IMG/VR virus record: IMGVR_UViG_3300019937_000009
Span: 1 to 24,757 of that record
Length of the DNA: 24,757 bases
Origin: a virus
Lineage: Duplodnaviria; Caudoviricetes
Reading direction: 5' to 3' (one strand)
The notes under the pieces are model-generated. The model saw only the letters and a program-made list of their open reading frames with translations, did no database searches and was not told the origin of the DNA. The position numbers were made by a program, and so were the translations under genes. Numbering within the stretch: position 1 is the stretch's first letter; each line of letters starts with the position of its first letter. Positions 1 to 10,859 of this stretch are shown here, one piece after another.

Positions 1-559
1 CTGACCATGTGATTGAGAATCCAACTCCAAGGTTGAGGTTGTCTTTTTGTCCTGTTCTGATAGGAACACGATACAACACATCACCAGGATTATCTGGAGC
101 ACCATCTTCATCAAAGTCTCGCATATCATATACTGGATCTTTGTAGTAAGGTTCCCATGGTTTTTGTGCTGATACACTGCCAGTTACATAGGGGGTAAAG
201 TTTCTGGTTGGTCCTTGACATTGGATTCCATTTCCATAAGTGTTCGTAATATACGGACCTTGCAGCACCTGGATCGCCTGATTGGTAACGCTCCCTGAAC
301 TATTAGCAACAGGAGCAGCAGTAGCAGATACACCACCAACAGTTTCAGCCAAAGCTTTATGTGGCGATAGTGTTCCAAGAAGGATGACTCCTATTATTGA
401 CTGAATATGGAAGTTGTGTCTGTTATTGATTCTACTTCTGTGACTCTTTGAATTATTGTTTGATTGCTTAAACCAGGACCACGGTAAGTTTCTGCAAACT
501 GAAATGCTGCTCCTGGAGTTGTTTGTGTGAAGTTTGGTTTGCTCCCGATTCCTGTCCAT
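1..559 (-). CDS. Conserved cyanophage hypothetical protein; runs off the window; start uncertain (ATG at 559 or coupled ATA at 397/394)
   Basis: Hand-translated open frame missing from the ORF track: ...IIGVILLGTLSPHKALA-ETVGGVSATAAPVANSSGSVTNQAIQVLQGPYITNTYGNGIQCQGPT...GVGFSITWS. It has a hydrophobic segment ending in ALA and resembles the gene usually found here in T4-like cyanophages. Confidence 0.7.
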   Translation of the reverse strand, partial: MDRNREQTKLHTNNSRSSISVCRNLPWSWFKQSNNNSKSHRSRINNRHNFHIQSIIGVILLGTLSPHKALAETVGGVSATAAPVANSSGSVTNQAIQVLQGPYITNTYGNGIQCQGPTRNFTPYVTGSVSAQKPWEPYYKDPVYDMRDFDEDGAPDNPGDVLYRVPIRTGQKDNLNLGVGFSITWS

Positions 560-810
560 GTAGAAGTTACCCCGTCTATGGTCGATGTAGAAGTAGATGT
601 AGTTGGCGACAATGCACCTGTTGGAGTGATACCAGATCCAGATACGGAATATTGATACCCAGTGTTATAGTCCATCGAGTTGATGGTCTCTGTTATTTTT
701 GACCTTGTTTCTGTGTGGCTCGTCATACTTCCTTGACTAAAGTTAGGAACCACAGGCACCGCATAGGCAGGAGAACCTAGCAGTGCCAGAATAACAAATA
801 ACCTTTTCAT
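394..810 (-). CDS. Conserved cyanophage protein with signal peptide (VPVVPNF family)
   Basis: 138-aa ORF, MKRLFVILALLGSPAYA signal peptide, Ser/Thr-rich; 1-nt overlap with the upstream gene. Confidence 0.8.
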   Translation of the reverse strand: MKRLFVILALLGSPAYAVPVVPNFSQGSMTSHTETRSKITETINSMDYNTGYQYSVSGSGITPTGALSPTTSTSTSTIDGVTSTWTGIGSKPNFTQTTPGAAFQFAETYRGPGLSNQTIIQRVTEVESITDTTSIFSQ

Positions 811-1301
811 TATCTTACAGTCAGTTCTGTTACGAATTGTCCTGTTGCTACTGTTCCAGCACCACCAGCAGTCAGAGTGATTGCTCCTGCGGTATCGATG
901 GTTCCAGCAAGTGCTCCAGCAGTTCCACCAATCTGAGTGGTAGTTTCTCCATAAAGATTTGGAGTATCAATCTGACCACCAGAGAGTGCTGTCTGCGTAG
1001 TAACTACTGTGTCACCAATAAAGGTATTCTCAGCAAAACTAAATGACTGACCGTCATTATTGATTGCATAAGAAGTTGCACTTACTGTTGCTGGTGCTGT
1101 TGCGGTGCCACCAGTCAAACCACCAAGAGTGGTAATTGCGATGTTGTTCCCAGATACTGAATAAGAAGAACCAAGTCTTGTAGATTGGACTGCGGGTCCT
1201 TCTACTGACAGTTGAACTGAAGAAGAAATTTTGCTAGTAAGATCGGCATGTGCGGGTGCCGCCATCAGTAACATTCCAAAAGCAAACAATGCTTTTTTCA
1301 T
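810..1301 (-). CDS. Conserved cyanophage Gly/Thr-rich protein with signal peptide
   Basis: 163-aa ORF, MKKALFAFGMLLMAAPAHA signal peptide, ends AGGAGTVATGQFVTELTVR; late-promoter-like CTAAATA upstream. Confidence 0.8.
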   Translation of the reverse strand: MKKALFAFGMLLMAAPAHADLTSKISSSVQLSVEGPAVQSTRLGSSYSVSGNNIAITTLGGLTGGTATAPATVSATSYAINNDGQSFSFAENTFIGDTVVTTQTALSGGQIDTPNLYGETTTQIGGTAGALAGTIDTAGAITLTAGGAGTVATGQFVTELTVR

Positions 1302-1322
1302 TTAATGGAGTTAACTCTGACT

Positions 1323-1329
1323 TATTTAG
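1323..1329 (-). promoter_or_regulatory. T4-type late promoter variant CTAAATA for the minus-strand operon
   Basis: TATTTAG on the plus strand, 21 nt upstream of the 1301 start. Confidence 0.5.
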
Positions 1330-1339
1330 CAAGGAGGGC

Positions 1340-1373
1340 TTGACAGGTGGGGAAATGCGTAGTATTATAAATA
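1340..1373 (+). promoter_or_regulatory. psbA promoter: sigma70-type TTGACA-N17-TATTAT overlapping late promoter TATAAATA
   Basis: TTGACA 1340-1345, TATTAT 1363-1368, TATAAATA 1366-1373. Confidence 0.8.
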
Positions 1374-1414
1374 CATCAACGACGTTAAGGAATGTAACAA
1401 CTCCTTAACAAGTT

Positions 1415-1530
1415 GTAACACCCCTGCCGCTACCGAGACTAGGCAGGGTTACCAATCCGTCTCTCATATCTCAGTCTGAGGGTGACTGAGAAATAAGTAC
1501 CTCCACCATTTCCCTGATGGATCTACTTAC
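1415..1530 (+). ncRNA. PhotoRC-II-like structured RNA in the psbA 5' leader
   Basis: Stems CCCTGCC(1422-1428)/GGCAGGG(1442-1448), TCTCAGTC(1469-1476)/GACTGAGA(1484-1491) and TAAGTA(1494-1499)/TACTTA(1524-1529). Loop GAGAC(1435-1439) can pair with GTCTC(1459-1463). The position upstream of a cyanophage psbA matches the PhotoRC-II motif. Confidence 0.7.
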
Positions 1531-1541
1531 TTTCAACTAAA

Positions 1542-4548
<3,007 letters not shown>

Positions 4549-4555
4549 TAGAATT

Positions 4556-4583
4556 AGAGACCCTTTACGGGTCTCTTTTTTTT
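4556..4583 (+). terminator. Rho-independent terminator of psbA
   Basis: AGAGACCC/GGGTCTCT stem followed by a T run. Confidence 0.9.
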
Positions 4584-4584
4584 G

Positions 4585-4593
4585 TGGTATAAT
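4585..4593 (+). promoter_or_regulatory. Extended -10 promoter TGnTATAAT
   Basis: TGGTATAAT just after the terminator, upstream of the 4634 ORF. Confidence 0.5.
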
Positions 4594-4633
4594 GGAGTTT
4601 AATATAGAATATCTAAGAGACCATTGAGGATTT

Positions 4634-4888
4634 ATGAACACATTTAAGACTGGTGACATTTGTAAAATTGACAATCCAATTCAAAAAAGGCACGGAAGAA
4701 AATTTGAAATTCTTGGATTTGTCTATGATAAATCTTGTGACTACCCACATTCTCCTTGTAAACTAAAAGTAAAATATCTGGATACTAACCGTAAGGGAAC
4801 TTATAATAATGCATTTGAATCATTGGAAGTAATTGGAACATCTAAAAATCCAAATAAAAAAGATGTGATTGAAATTTTGCATACTTGA
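4634..4888 (+). CDS. Hypothetical protein, possibly SH3/KOW-like
   Basis: 84-aa ORF with GAGGA RBS; FKTGDICKI N-terminus. Confidence 0.7.
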   Translation: MNTFKTGDICKIDNPIQKRHGRKFEILGFVYDKSCDYPHSPCKLKVKYLDTNRKGTYNNAFESLEVIGTSKNPNKKDVIEILHT

Positions 4889-4913
4889 CATAAAACTAAA
4901 TAAGCATTATAAT
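4885..4913 (+). promoter_or_regulatory. Consensus sigma70 (early) promoter
   Basis: TTGACA 4885-4890, N17, TATAAT 4908-4913. Confidence 0.75.
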
Positions 4914-4939
4914 GGAGATCCAAATGGGTCTCCTTTTTT
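4914..4939 (+). terminator. Rho-independent terminator-like hairpin
   Basis: GGAGATCC-AAAT-GGGTCTCC followed by TTTTTT. Confidence 0.6.
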
Positions 4940-5146
4940 ATGACTAAAAAAAGAAAAACAATTTGGAGAATCTGGGCAAAAGCACTTGGAGAAAAGGGGT
5001 CTAAATGTGACAGAGAAGCAGATTACATTGCTATTTTACGCACTATCATTTTTATCACTTATCTTACCACTAATGTGGCTATTGTGGCCAACGCAGTAAG
5101 ACATTGGAATGATATAGAATACGTAAGACCAGAGACACTTAAATGA
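4940..5146 (+). CDS. Conserved cyanophage small membrane protein
   Basis: WRIWAKALGEK...READ motif plus a hydrophobic segment. Confidence 0.75.
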   Translation: MTKKRKTIWRIWAKALGEKGSKCDREADYIAILRTIIFITYLTTNVAIVANAVRHWNDIEYVRPETLK

Positions 5147-5153
5147 CTGGCAC

Positions 5154-5180
5154 ACCATCTCTTAACGGAGGTGGTTTTTT
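5154..5180 (+). terminator. Rho-independent terminator followed by a TATAAT (5185-5190)
   Basis: ACCATCTC/GGAGGTGGT imperfect stem plus T run. Confidence 0.55.
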
Positions 5181-5212
5181 GATGTATAATAGTCCTATGA
5201 GCAAAAGACCAG

Positions 5213-5374
5213 ATGATCAAACCAATTGACAAAACTCATTGGGAGGATTTGTATGCTCGGATTCACGATGCTTATGCAGAGTGTTTGAAGCACAACAATC
5301 CCACATATGAACAGAAACTTGCACAAGTTCTGGATCATATGATTGAAAACAAAAAGTATCTTTACATCCGATGA
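5213..5374 (+). CDS. Hypothetical protein (53 aa, not in ORF track)
   Basis: MIKPIDKTHWEDLYARIHDAY...; ATGA overlap with the next gene. Confidence 0.65.
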   Translation: MIKPIDKTHWEDLYARIHDAYAECLKHNNPTYEQKLAQVLDHMIENKKYLYIR

Positions 5375-5973
5375 CTTACAACGCTGAACTGACATTCAAA
5401 TTTGATGCTACCTGGACTCCCACCTATAAGAGTGGGTTTGGATCTACTGTTGAAGATGATTTTGTTCCTGAAGAGCATTATGTAATCACGGCACCTGCTG
5501 CTGATCTCAACACACGACAATACTTCAAACTGTTTGAGAAGTTCATGCTGTGTGTAGGTATGTCTCCTTGCTCTATCCGCAGTGGTGCTATGTCATTGGT
5601 ATTCAATGATATGGTGCTTGAGGAAGATCAACGTAAGGTCTGTAAAGAGTATGAACTAACTATGGATGAAGATCTCCGTGGAAGGTTTGAGGATTGGAAG
5701 AAAGCAGAAGAAGAGTTTGCTCGTATTCAAAAAGGTGCTATGGGCACAGTTCTTGAGGATGATAAACCTCAATTTGAGATCACCGATCCTCATGGCACAT
5801 TTGTAACAAACAAAGACACCAGCAATGATCAATCGTGGGAAGAGCGTTATTGGGGTCTACACCGTCGTTTCCGACGCTTTGCTGCTCTGACTGACGAACA
5901 ACTGGAAGGACTTGCTGAGCATTGGGAAAGTAAAGTTGCACCAACTTGGGGGAAGACTGTTGGGGATGTTTGA
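5371..5973 (+). CDS. Hypothetical phage protein
   Basis: 200-aa ORF in a coupled run of genes. Confidence 0.75.
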   Translation: MTYNAELTFKFDATWTPTYKSGFGSTVEDDFVPEEHYVITAPAADLNTRQYFKLFEKFMLCVGMSPCSIRSGAMSLVFNDMVLEEDQRKVCKEYELTMDEDLRGRFEDWKKAEEEFARIQKGAMGTVLEDDKPQFEITDPHGTFVTNKDTSNDQSWEERYWGLHRRFRRFAALTDEQLEGLAEHWESKVAPTWGKTVGDV

Positions 5974-6361
5974 TTATTTCCGCTCATCATATGATCTTGG
6001 AGAATCATTTACTAATGTTCCTTGTCACACAAAAGACATTGAGGAGGGCATTGGTGGCACAATGAGTCAGTATTGGTTGTCTCCTAACGGACAACTGTAT
6101 CTGATTGATTACTCAGAAACTGCCGACTTTGTGGAACTCAAAGAAGGCGATGAGGGTTATGCTGAATTAGCATTATTGAACTTCCGTTGGATTCCAAATG
6201 GAAATCACGGTAAAGTAAGACCGTGGAACATCACCAAATATATTACAATCTATCCAGAAAATTGGAAAGGGACTTGGAAAGATTGGCCCGATTGTCGGAT
6301 TCACTTCAAGCAAGGTGTCTTACAAGACTATGAATGTTCATCTAAGGGAGAGTGGAAATGA
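5960..6361 (+). CDS. Hypothetical phage protein (MGMFD-type N-terminus)
   Basis: ORF 5912-6361; likelier start is TTG 5960 or ATG 5966. Confidence 0.7.
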   Translation: MGMFDYFRSSYDLGESFTNVPCHTKDIEEGIGGTMSQYWLSPNGQLYLIDYSETADFVELKEGDEGYAELALLNFRWIPNGNHGKVRPWNITKYITIYPENWKGTWKDWPDCRIHFKQGVLQDYECSSKGEWK

Positions 6362-6630
6362 AACTCATTCAATTTGGCACTCGTCAAGACTACGGCACAG
6401 AATACTATATGACTGTGCTTACAACTAGAAGTTACTCTCTACTTCAGGTGTCATTTGACATTGGTGAGTATGGTGGATGGATTGAGTGGCCTTATCTCCA
6501 AATTACTATGGGATATGGTAGACTGTTCTCGTTCTTATTCTCCATTGGTAAGTTGGGATTTGCTTTTGATATTTGTGGACGCAACTGGCGTGACACATCT
6601 TTCTATGATACTGGGAGTCAAGTAGCATGA
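6358..6630 (+). CDS. Hypothetical phage protein
   Basis: ATGA overlap at 6358. Confidence 0.7.
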   Translation: MKLIQFGTRQDYGTEYYMTVLTTRSYSLLQVSFDIGEYGGWIEWPYLQITMGYGRLFSFLFSIGKLGFAFDICGRNWRDTSFYDTGSQVA

Positions 6631-6773
6631 TTACTACAATTATGGCAGGATTTGCCTTCGGATACTGTGTGATGGACATCATCATGAATTATCGTGCTCG
6701 TCGTGCTGTTGACGAGATGCTGAAATCTACAGTGGAGAAAGATCCAGATTTTCTTAAACCGGAGGATTGTTAG
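6627..6773 (+). CDS. Small membrane protein (48 aa, not in ORF track)
   Basis: MITTIMAGFAFGYCVMDIIMNY...; fills the gap exactly, ATGA overlap. Confidence 0.6.
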   Translation: MITTIMAGFAFGYCVMDIIMNYRARRAVDEMLKSTVEKDPDFLKPEDC

Positions 6774-7088
6774 ATGAGTTGGTGGGACTATTGGATTGGA
6801 CACTGCTGGTTTAGTGGATGGCAGAGTATCAAACATTCATTCCAAAACTGGGGTGATTTGATGACTGGTAACTGGAAAGATTATGGTCTCATGTTCTATG
6901 ATGATCCATATGATTCATGTTATGATTGCTTCTGGTCTTATCTGGGAGAAGATGACACTCTACCAAAAGAGTTTCTTGAGCATCTACAAGATATGGTAGA
7001 TCGTATTGATCGTGGTGAAGAGAAACTCATTCCAATGGACTTAGACCAACTGAACCGTATTTCTGATTTACTTGAGGATGTAGAATGA
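6774..7088 (+). CDS. Hypothetical phage protein, Trp/Asp-rich
   Basis: 104-aa ORF with GGAGG RBS. Confidence 0.75.
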   Translation: MSWWDYWIGHCWFSGWQSIKHSFQNWGDLMTGNWKDYGLMFYDDPYDSCYDCFWSYLGEDDTLPKEFLEHLQDMVDRIDRGEEKLIPMDLDQLNRISDLLEDVE

Positions 7089-7270
7089 CTTACACTATCA
7101 CCAAAGAAATCAAAATTGTCAGCGATGAAGATGGTTGGTGTTTTGATTTTACATCGGATGAGTATGGAACTGTAAGTATGCAGGATGGTAATGGGGAAGA
7201 AGTTGAAACCATTCACATCCCCAAAGATTGTATTCAACATGTTATTGATGTATTGGAGCAATTCAAATGA
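7085..7270 (+). CDS. Hypothetical protein
   Basis: 61 aa, ATGA overlaps on both sides. Confidence 0.7.
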   Translation: MTYTITKEIKIVSDEDGWCFDFTSDEYGTVSMQDGNGEEVETIHIPKDCIQHVIDVLEQFK

Positions 7271-7449
7271 CCTACGATGAACTCTATGAGCATGTGGTAT
7301 CCTATGTTGCCATGCCACATACTACTATCACAGAGCATGATCGCCGCCGTGCTTGTCTCATTCTAGGTGCTTTCATGGAGTTTATCATGGATTGTACTGA
7401 TGCTGGTATTGATCCACGCACACTTGTCAAGGAGATGAAGTATGACTAG
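7267..7449 (+). CDS. Hypothetical protein
   Basis: 60 aa, coupled to the upstream gene, GGAG RBS. Confidence 0.65.
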   Translation: MTYDELYEHVVSYVAMPHTTITEHDRRRACLILGAFMEFIMDCTDAGIDPRTLVKEMKYD

Positions 7450-7687
7450 AAAGCACAGAGCACAACAAATAATGAATGAGTATTATAGTAAGCTGGGTCC
7501 AGGTCCATATTACTATGATAACTCTGCTGTTGCTGCTGCTCTTATTGAAGCAGTTGAAGGTCTCAATATTGAACCTGACCCTGACCGAGAGTTGAGTATG
7601 GAAAAACATTATTTCATCAAAGGACAAAACTGGGTAAAGGATGCTATTCTAAATCTTGCTGTTGAATTGGAAGTAGAAGAACTATGA
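7442..7687 (+). CDS. Hypothetical protein
   Basis: 81 aa, AGGAG RBS. Confidence 0.7.
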   Translation: MTRKHRAQQIMNEYYSKLGPGPYYYDNSAVAAALIEAVEGLNIEPDPDRELSMEKHYFIKGQNWVKDAILNLAVELEVEEL

Positions 7688-8043
7688 AAGACATTACAGA
7701 TACTACCTACTATAAGATAGATACAGAAGCATTTGAGTATTCACCTTATGCTCCTGTGAGTAAAGAGAAGGTAAATCAATCCAGAAAATACTGGAAATCA
7801 AGACCAGAAGAAGAGTATTATAAGTATATGACTACTGGAATTAGGAATTCTCTTGAAATTTATGGTAAAATGTTTGAACCTATTACACCTGAAATTTTAG
7901 ATGAGATTAGGCACAGTATTTTTATTCATCCTTTTGAGGATGGTGGTGCCTGTAAAAAACTTCGGGTGTTTTATAATCCAGACAAACAAAAAGTCCAGAT
8001 TGACTGGAAGTTTAATAAGAAACATTATGAGGTTTTTATATAA
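7684..8043 (+). CDS. Hypothetical protein
   Basis: 119 aa, ATGA overlap. Confidence 0.7.
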   Translation: MKDITDTTYYKIDTEAFEYSPYAPVSKEKVNQSRKYWKSRPEEEYYKYMTTGIRNSLEIYGKMFEPITPEILDEIRHSIFIHPFEDGGACKKLRVFYNPDKQKVQIDWKFNKKHYEVFI

Positions 8044-8046
8044 ATC

Positions 8047-8193
8047 ATGACTGAACATAACCTACCAGATAACGATGATGCACCTTGGCTAGACACCACA
8101 TATGATGGATTCAATGAAGAACAAGCACGCAAAGCATTAGACAAACTCTACCAAGAGAATGATAATGGTATGGAGCAATTGTCAAATGAGTGA
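8047..8193 (+). CDS. Hypothetical protein (48 aa, not in ORF track)
   Basis: MTEHNLPDNDDAPWLDTTYDGF...; fills the gap. Confidence 0.55.
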   Translation: MTEHNLPDNDDAPWLDTTYDGFNEEQARKALDKLYQENDNGMEQLSNE

Positions 8194-8419
8194 AGATGAT
8201 AAACAGTTTCTGAAAGAGTTTCTCACTCGTGGTGGTTTTGTTGGTATTGTTGTAGGACTGTTCATTCTATTCATAGCTCTACTGTCACAGACCCAGAATC
8301 CACCAGTTGAACAACAGTCCACCAAAGTGGTTGGAGAATACAAAGGATGTGATATAATTCAATGGCACTACGGTCCACTTGCCGAGTACAAGTATTTCCT
8401 TTATTGTGAGGACAAATGA
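8186..8419 (+). CDS. Small membrane-anchored phage protein
   Basis: One TM segment followed by KVVGEYKGCDIIQW...KYFLYC; start re-placed at 8186. Confidence 0.7.
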   Translation: MSEDDKQFLKEFLTRGGFVGIVVGLFILFIALLSQTQNPPVEQQSTKVVGEYKGCDIIQWHYGPLAEYKYFLYCEDK

Positions 8420-8775
8420 CAATTCCTAATTTCAAAACTAACCAGGACTGGGAAGCATTCACTATGATGTTTGATTCCCGTTGGCATTGCAAGAAAGCAT
8501 TGCTGGATCGTGTGAAGGATGATATGTTCCCTGGATATAATTGGGATCAACTTCAAGGTCAAACAATAGAAACTATCAATAACATTGTGGGATCACTGTT
8601 GTATGATGTAGAGATGGAGTTTGAGGAGAAGTATCCTGACTACAAACGTGATGCCGATGATATCTTCATTCCACGTAAGAATTTCAAAGAGAGTGTGACA
8701 GAAGCACTCAAAGATGCTTTGGGAACTGATGATCGCGATGCTTGGGAACTTTATTCTGATGGAAACCTTGGCTGA
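8416..8775 (+). CDS. Hypothetical protein
   Basis: 119 aa, GAGGA RBS, ATGA overlap. Confidence 0.7.
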   Translation: MTIPNFKTNQDWEAFTMMFDSRWHCKKALLDRVKDDMFPGYNWDQLQGQTIETINNIVGSLLYDVEMEFEEKYPDYKRDADDIFIPRKNFKESVTEALKDALGTDDRDAWELYSDGNLG

Positions 8776-8782
8776 GAATACA

Positions 8783-9007
8783 ATGGAAGACAAAACCTGG
8801 AAAGTAATGAATGACCTTCAAGAGGCATTCAATCAAATCACATCATTTAGTTTTCTTCTTGATAAACTACAAGAAGCAGTAGATGTTGGTGATACACAAC
8901 GCATTGTTGACATAACTGCTGCTCTCAATGCTTTTTATCTCCCATACTGCGATAACTGGGATGATAAGTTTAGTGTCGCATGGGACCATGTTGTAAACGG
9001 TGAGTAA
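8783..9007 (+). CDS. Hypothetical protein
   Basis: ORF 8714-9007; non-overlapping start at 8783 preferred. Confidence 0.65.
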   Translation: MEDKTWKVMNDLQEAFNQITSFSFLLDKLQEAVDVGDTQRIVDITAALNAFYLPYCDNWDDKFSVAWDHVVNGE

Positions 9008-9480
9008 TGGAAGAACTAATCTATCCTCGTAATTATCAACACACCTCTCAATTCTTGGATGATAATATCCTCAAGGTGTATGTTGATAGTCCAACGAGGT
9101 TCACTCGTAACATGATTGCAACCACAGATGAGATGGTATCATTTGACATCAAGGTGTTGAAGAAACCAAAACATGCTGAGGTTGCATTCTATGAGCAGTA
9201 TGCTATGCCAGAACCATATGAGTATGCTTCTGGTCTGTGCATACCAACAGAGAAAGGATACACCATCCTAGTCAAGAAATTTGCTGACGATAAGAAGTAT
9301 GTGTATCTACATGAGTGGGGTCATGCACTAGGACTTGAACATCCACATGATGACAGAGACGGTGACATATGGCACGACACTGATACTAATGATACTGTAA
9401 TGTCTTACAACTGGATTGCACCAGTGAGAGCATTTCGACCTGCTGATGTTGATACTATTACTGGATTGTATTCTGTGTAA
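9007..9480 (+). CDS. Zinc metallopeptidase, metzincin (M10/matrixin-like)
   Basis: HEWGHALGLEHPH (HExxHxxGxxH) plus Met-turn TVMSY. Confidence 0.85.
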   Translation: MEELIYPRNYQHTSQFLDDNILKVYVDSPTRFTRNMIATTDEMVSFDIKVLKKPKHAEVAFYEQYAMPEPYEYASGLCIPTEKGYTILVKKFADDKKYVYLHEWGHALGLEHPHDDRDGDIWHDTDTNDTVMSYNWIAPVRAFRPADVDTITGLYSV

Positions 9481-9517
9481 ATAGTTAAAGTCACGGGCAC
9501 ACATCCCATGGGTTCCA

Positions 9518-9733
9518 ATGTACAAGGAACCACATCTTAAGAAGAAGTCTGAAGAGTGTAAGATATTATGGAATATCTGGTATGAGATGATGATGAATAA
9601 AGATCCATTAGTATCAACAGCAAGAAAAACTTGGATAAAATGTGCAGACGAGTTCTCTGAAATGATTAATCAGGAATGCCTGACAAATCCCAAGTATAAG
9701 AATATAAAGAGTATAGATAGTGAAGTTACATAA
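9518..9733 (+). CDS. Conserved cyanophage hypothetical protein
   Basis: 71-aa ORF MYKEPHLKKKSEECKILW. Confidence 0.65.
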   Translation: MYKEPHLKKKSEECKILWNIWYEMMMNKDPLVSTARKTWIKCADEFSEMINQECLTNPKYKNIKSIDSEVT

Positions 9734-9739
9734 ACTTTT

Positions 9740-10063
9740 ATGAAGTTCTTTTTTGCACTTATCGCAACTCTTTTCTTTGCTCTCCCTGCTTGGGCAGTTG
9801 ATGTTCAGATGGGTTATAATGGAGGACTAGTCTTTGAACCCTCAGAAGTTACAATTGCTGCTGGTGATAGCATCCACTTTATCAATAACGTGCTACCTCC
9901 TCACAATGTCATTGTTGATGGTCATCCCGAGCTCAGCCATACAGGTCTGGCATTTTCTCCTGGAGAATCCTTTGACGTTTCCTTTGATGTTCCTGGTGAG
10001 TATACCTTTTGGTGTGATCCTCATAAAGGCGCTGGAATGATTGGACACGTTACCGTAAACTGA
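9740..10063 (+). CDS. petE: Plastocyanin
   Basis: Signal peptide ending AWA; LVFEP; PPHNV; YTFWCDPHKGAGM with His/Cys/His/Met copper ligands. Confidence 0.95.
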   Translation: MKFFFALIATLFFALPAWAVDVQMGYNGGLVFEPSEVTIAAGDSIHFINNVLPPHNVIVDGHPELSHTGLAFSPGESFDVSFDVPGEYTFWCDPHKGAGMIGHVTVN

Positions 10064-10158
10064 TGCCTCATCTTTTTATATTTGTATTTGCCATTTTACT
10101 GGCAAATACGTTAGAATTAACTTGGTCTATTAAAAACAAACCTGATGAATCACGCTGA
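10063..10158 (+). CDS. Putative 31-aa hydrophobic microprotein
   Basis: TGATG coupling to petE; MPHLFIFVFAILLANTLELTW. Confidence 0.45.
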   Translation: MPHLFIFVFAILLANTLELTWSIKNKPDESR

Positions 10159-10279
10159 CCATTCTACCTACGAACACTTATTCCATATGTTTTTATGTTG
10201 CATTGCTGGTCTAGGAATCGGCACCCTCGCTGTTTGGGGATATCAAAAAATTAAAGGAAATAAAGATCACAATCCATAA
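10145..10279 (+). CDS. Putative 44-aa His-rich membrane microprotein
   Basis: MNHADHSTYEHLFHMFLCCIAGLGIGTLAVWGY; TAATG coupling to the next gene. Confidence 0.55.
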   Translation: MNHADHSTYEHLFHMFLCCIAGLGIGTLAVWGYQKIKGNKDHNP

Positions 10280-10488
10280 TGGAAAACAAACCAGGACAAT
10301 GTTGGGACTTTGTAATGTCTTCTTTTACTAGAAGTTATGGAGTTTCTAAGGTTATGGAAAATGAAAAATTTCATGAACTTGCATTGCAGTGGTGCGACGA
10401 CAACAATTATGAGTGTAAGATTCACTTAGATGATTTGAGAAAAGTTGACGCACATTTTAGAAAATTGTATGAAAGTGATTACATCTGA
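10279..10488 (+). CDS. Hypothetical protein
   Basis: 69-aa ORF. Confidence 0.65.
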   Translation: MENKPGQCWDFVMSSFTRSYGVSKVMENEKFHELALQWCDDNNYECKIHLDDLRKVDAHFRKLYESDYI

Positions 10489-10612
10489 AACCTCATATAA
10501 AATCTCAGAAATGCTGAGAGATACCTGGCCTCAACTTTACAGGCCAGGTAAACCATTGTATAATGAAGAACCACGGAGTGAAACCAATGACAGAAAAAAA
10601 GACAAGTGCTAA
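10469..10612 (+). CDS. Small cyanophage protein (RDTWPQLYRP motif, 47 aa, not in ORF track)
   Basis: Hand translation; motif recalled from T4-like cyanophages. Confidence 0.55.
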   Translation: MKVITSETSYKISEMLRDTWPQLYRPGKPLYNEEPRSETNDRKKDKC

Positions 10613-10859
10613 TATGCTTGGGCAGTTTGCTATTGCCCTTCAGCAACTTGGATGGGACCCTGAAGATGAACTGAGGGTTGATATTGGAGGTGTTGCCGCA
10701 ACGGGAACCGCAACTCATCCAGACGCAAATCCAAAGTGGGCGAAACCTTTTGGAACTATTACTTATCAAAAGGATGCTTTCATTGTAATCAAGAATGTAA
10801 GTCGTAATCCTGTTGTTCCTTCTCAACCAAATCCAGATCTGAAAGCATATCATGCATGA
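10587..10859 (+). CDS. Conserved cyanophage hypothetical protein
   Basis: ORF 10563-10859; NPKWAKPFGT motif; GGAG RBS before 10587. Confidence 0.7.
   Translation: MTEKKTSANMLGQFAIALQQLGWDPEDELRVDIGGVAATGTATHPDANPKWAKPFGTITYQKDAFIVIKNVSRNPVVPSQPNPDLKAYHA

Noticed and set aside
184-378. 64-aa Leu-rich ORF in the track
   Set aside because: It is a shadow of the Ala/Thr-rich real gene in another frame of the same strand.
5132-5153. Imperfect palindrome GAGACACTT-N4-GACTGGCAC as an operator
   Set aside because: The symmetry is weak and I noticed only one copy in the window; it cannot be supported without the rest of the genome.
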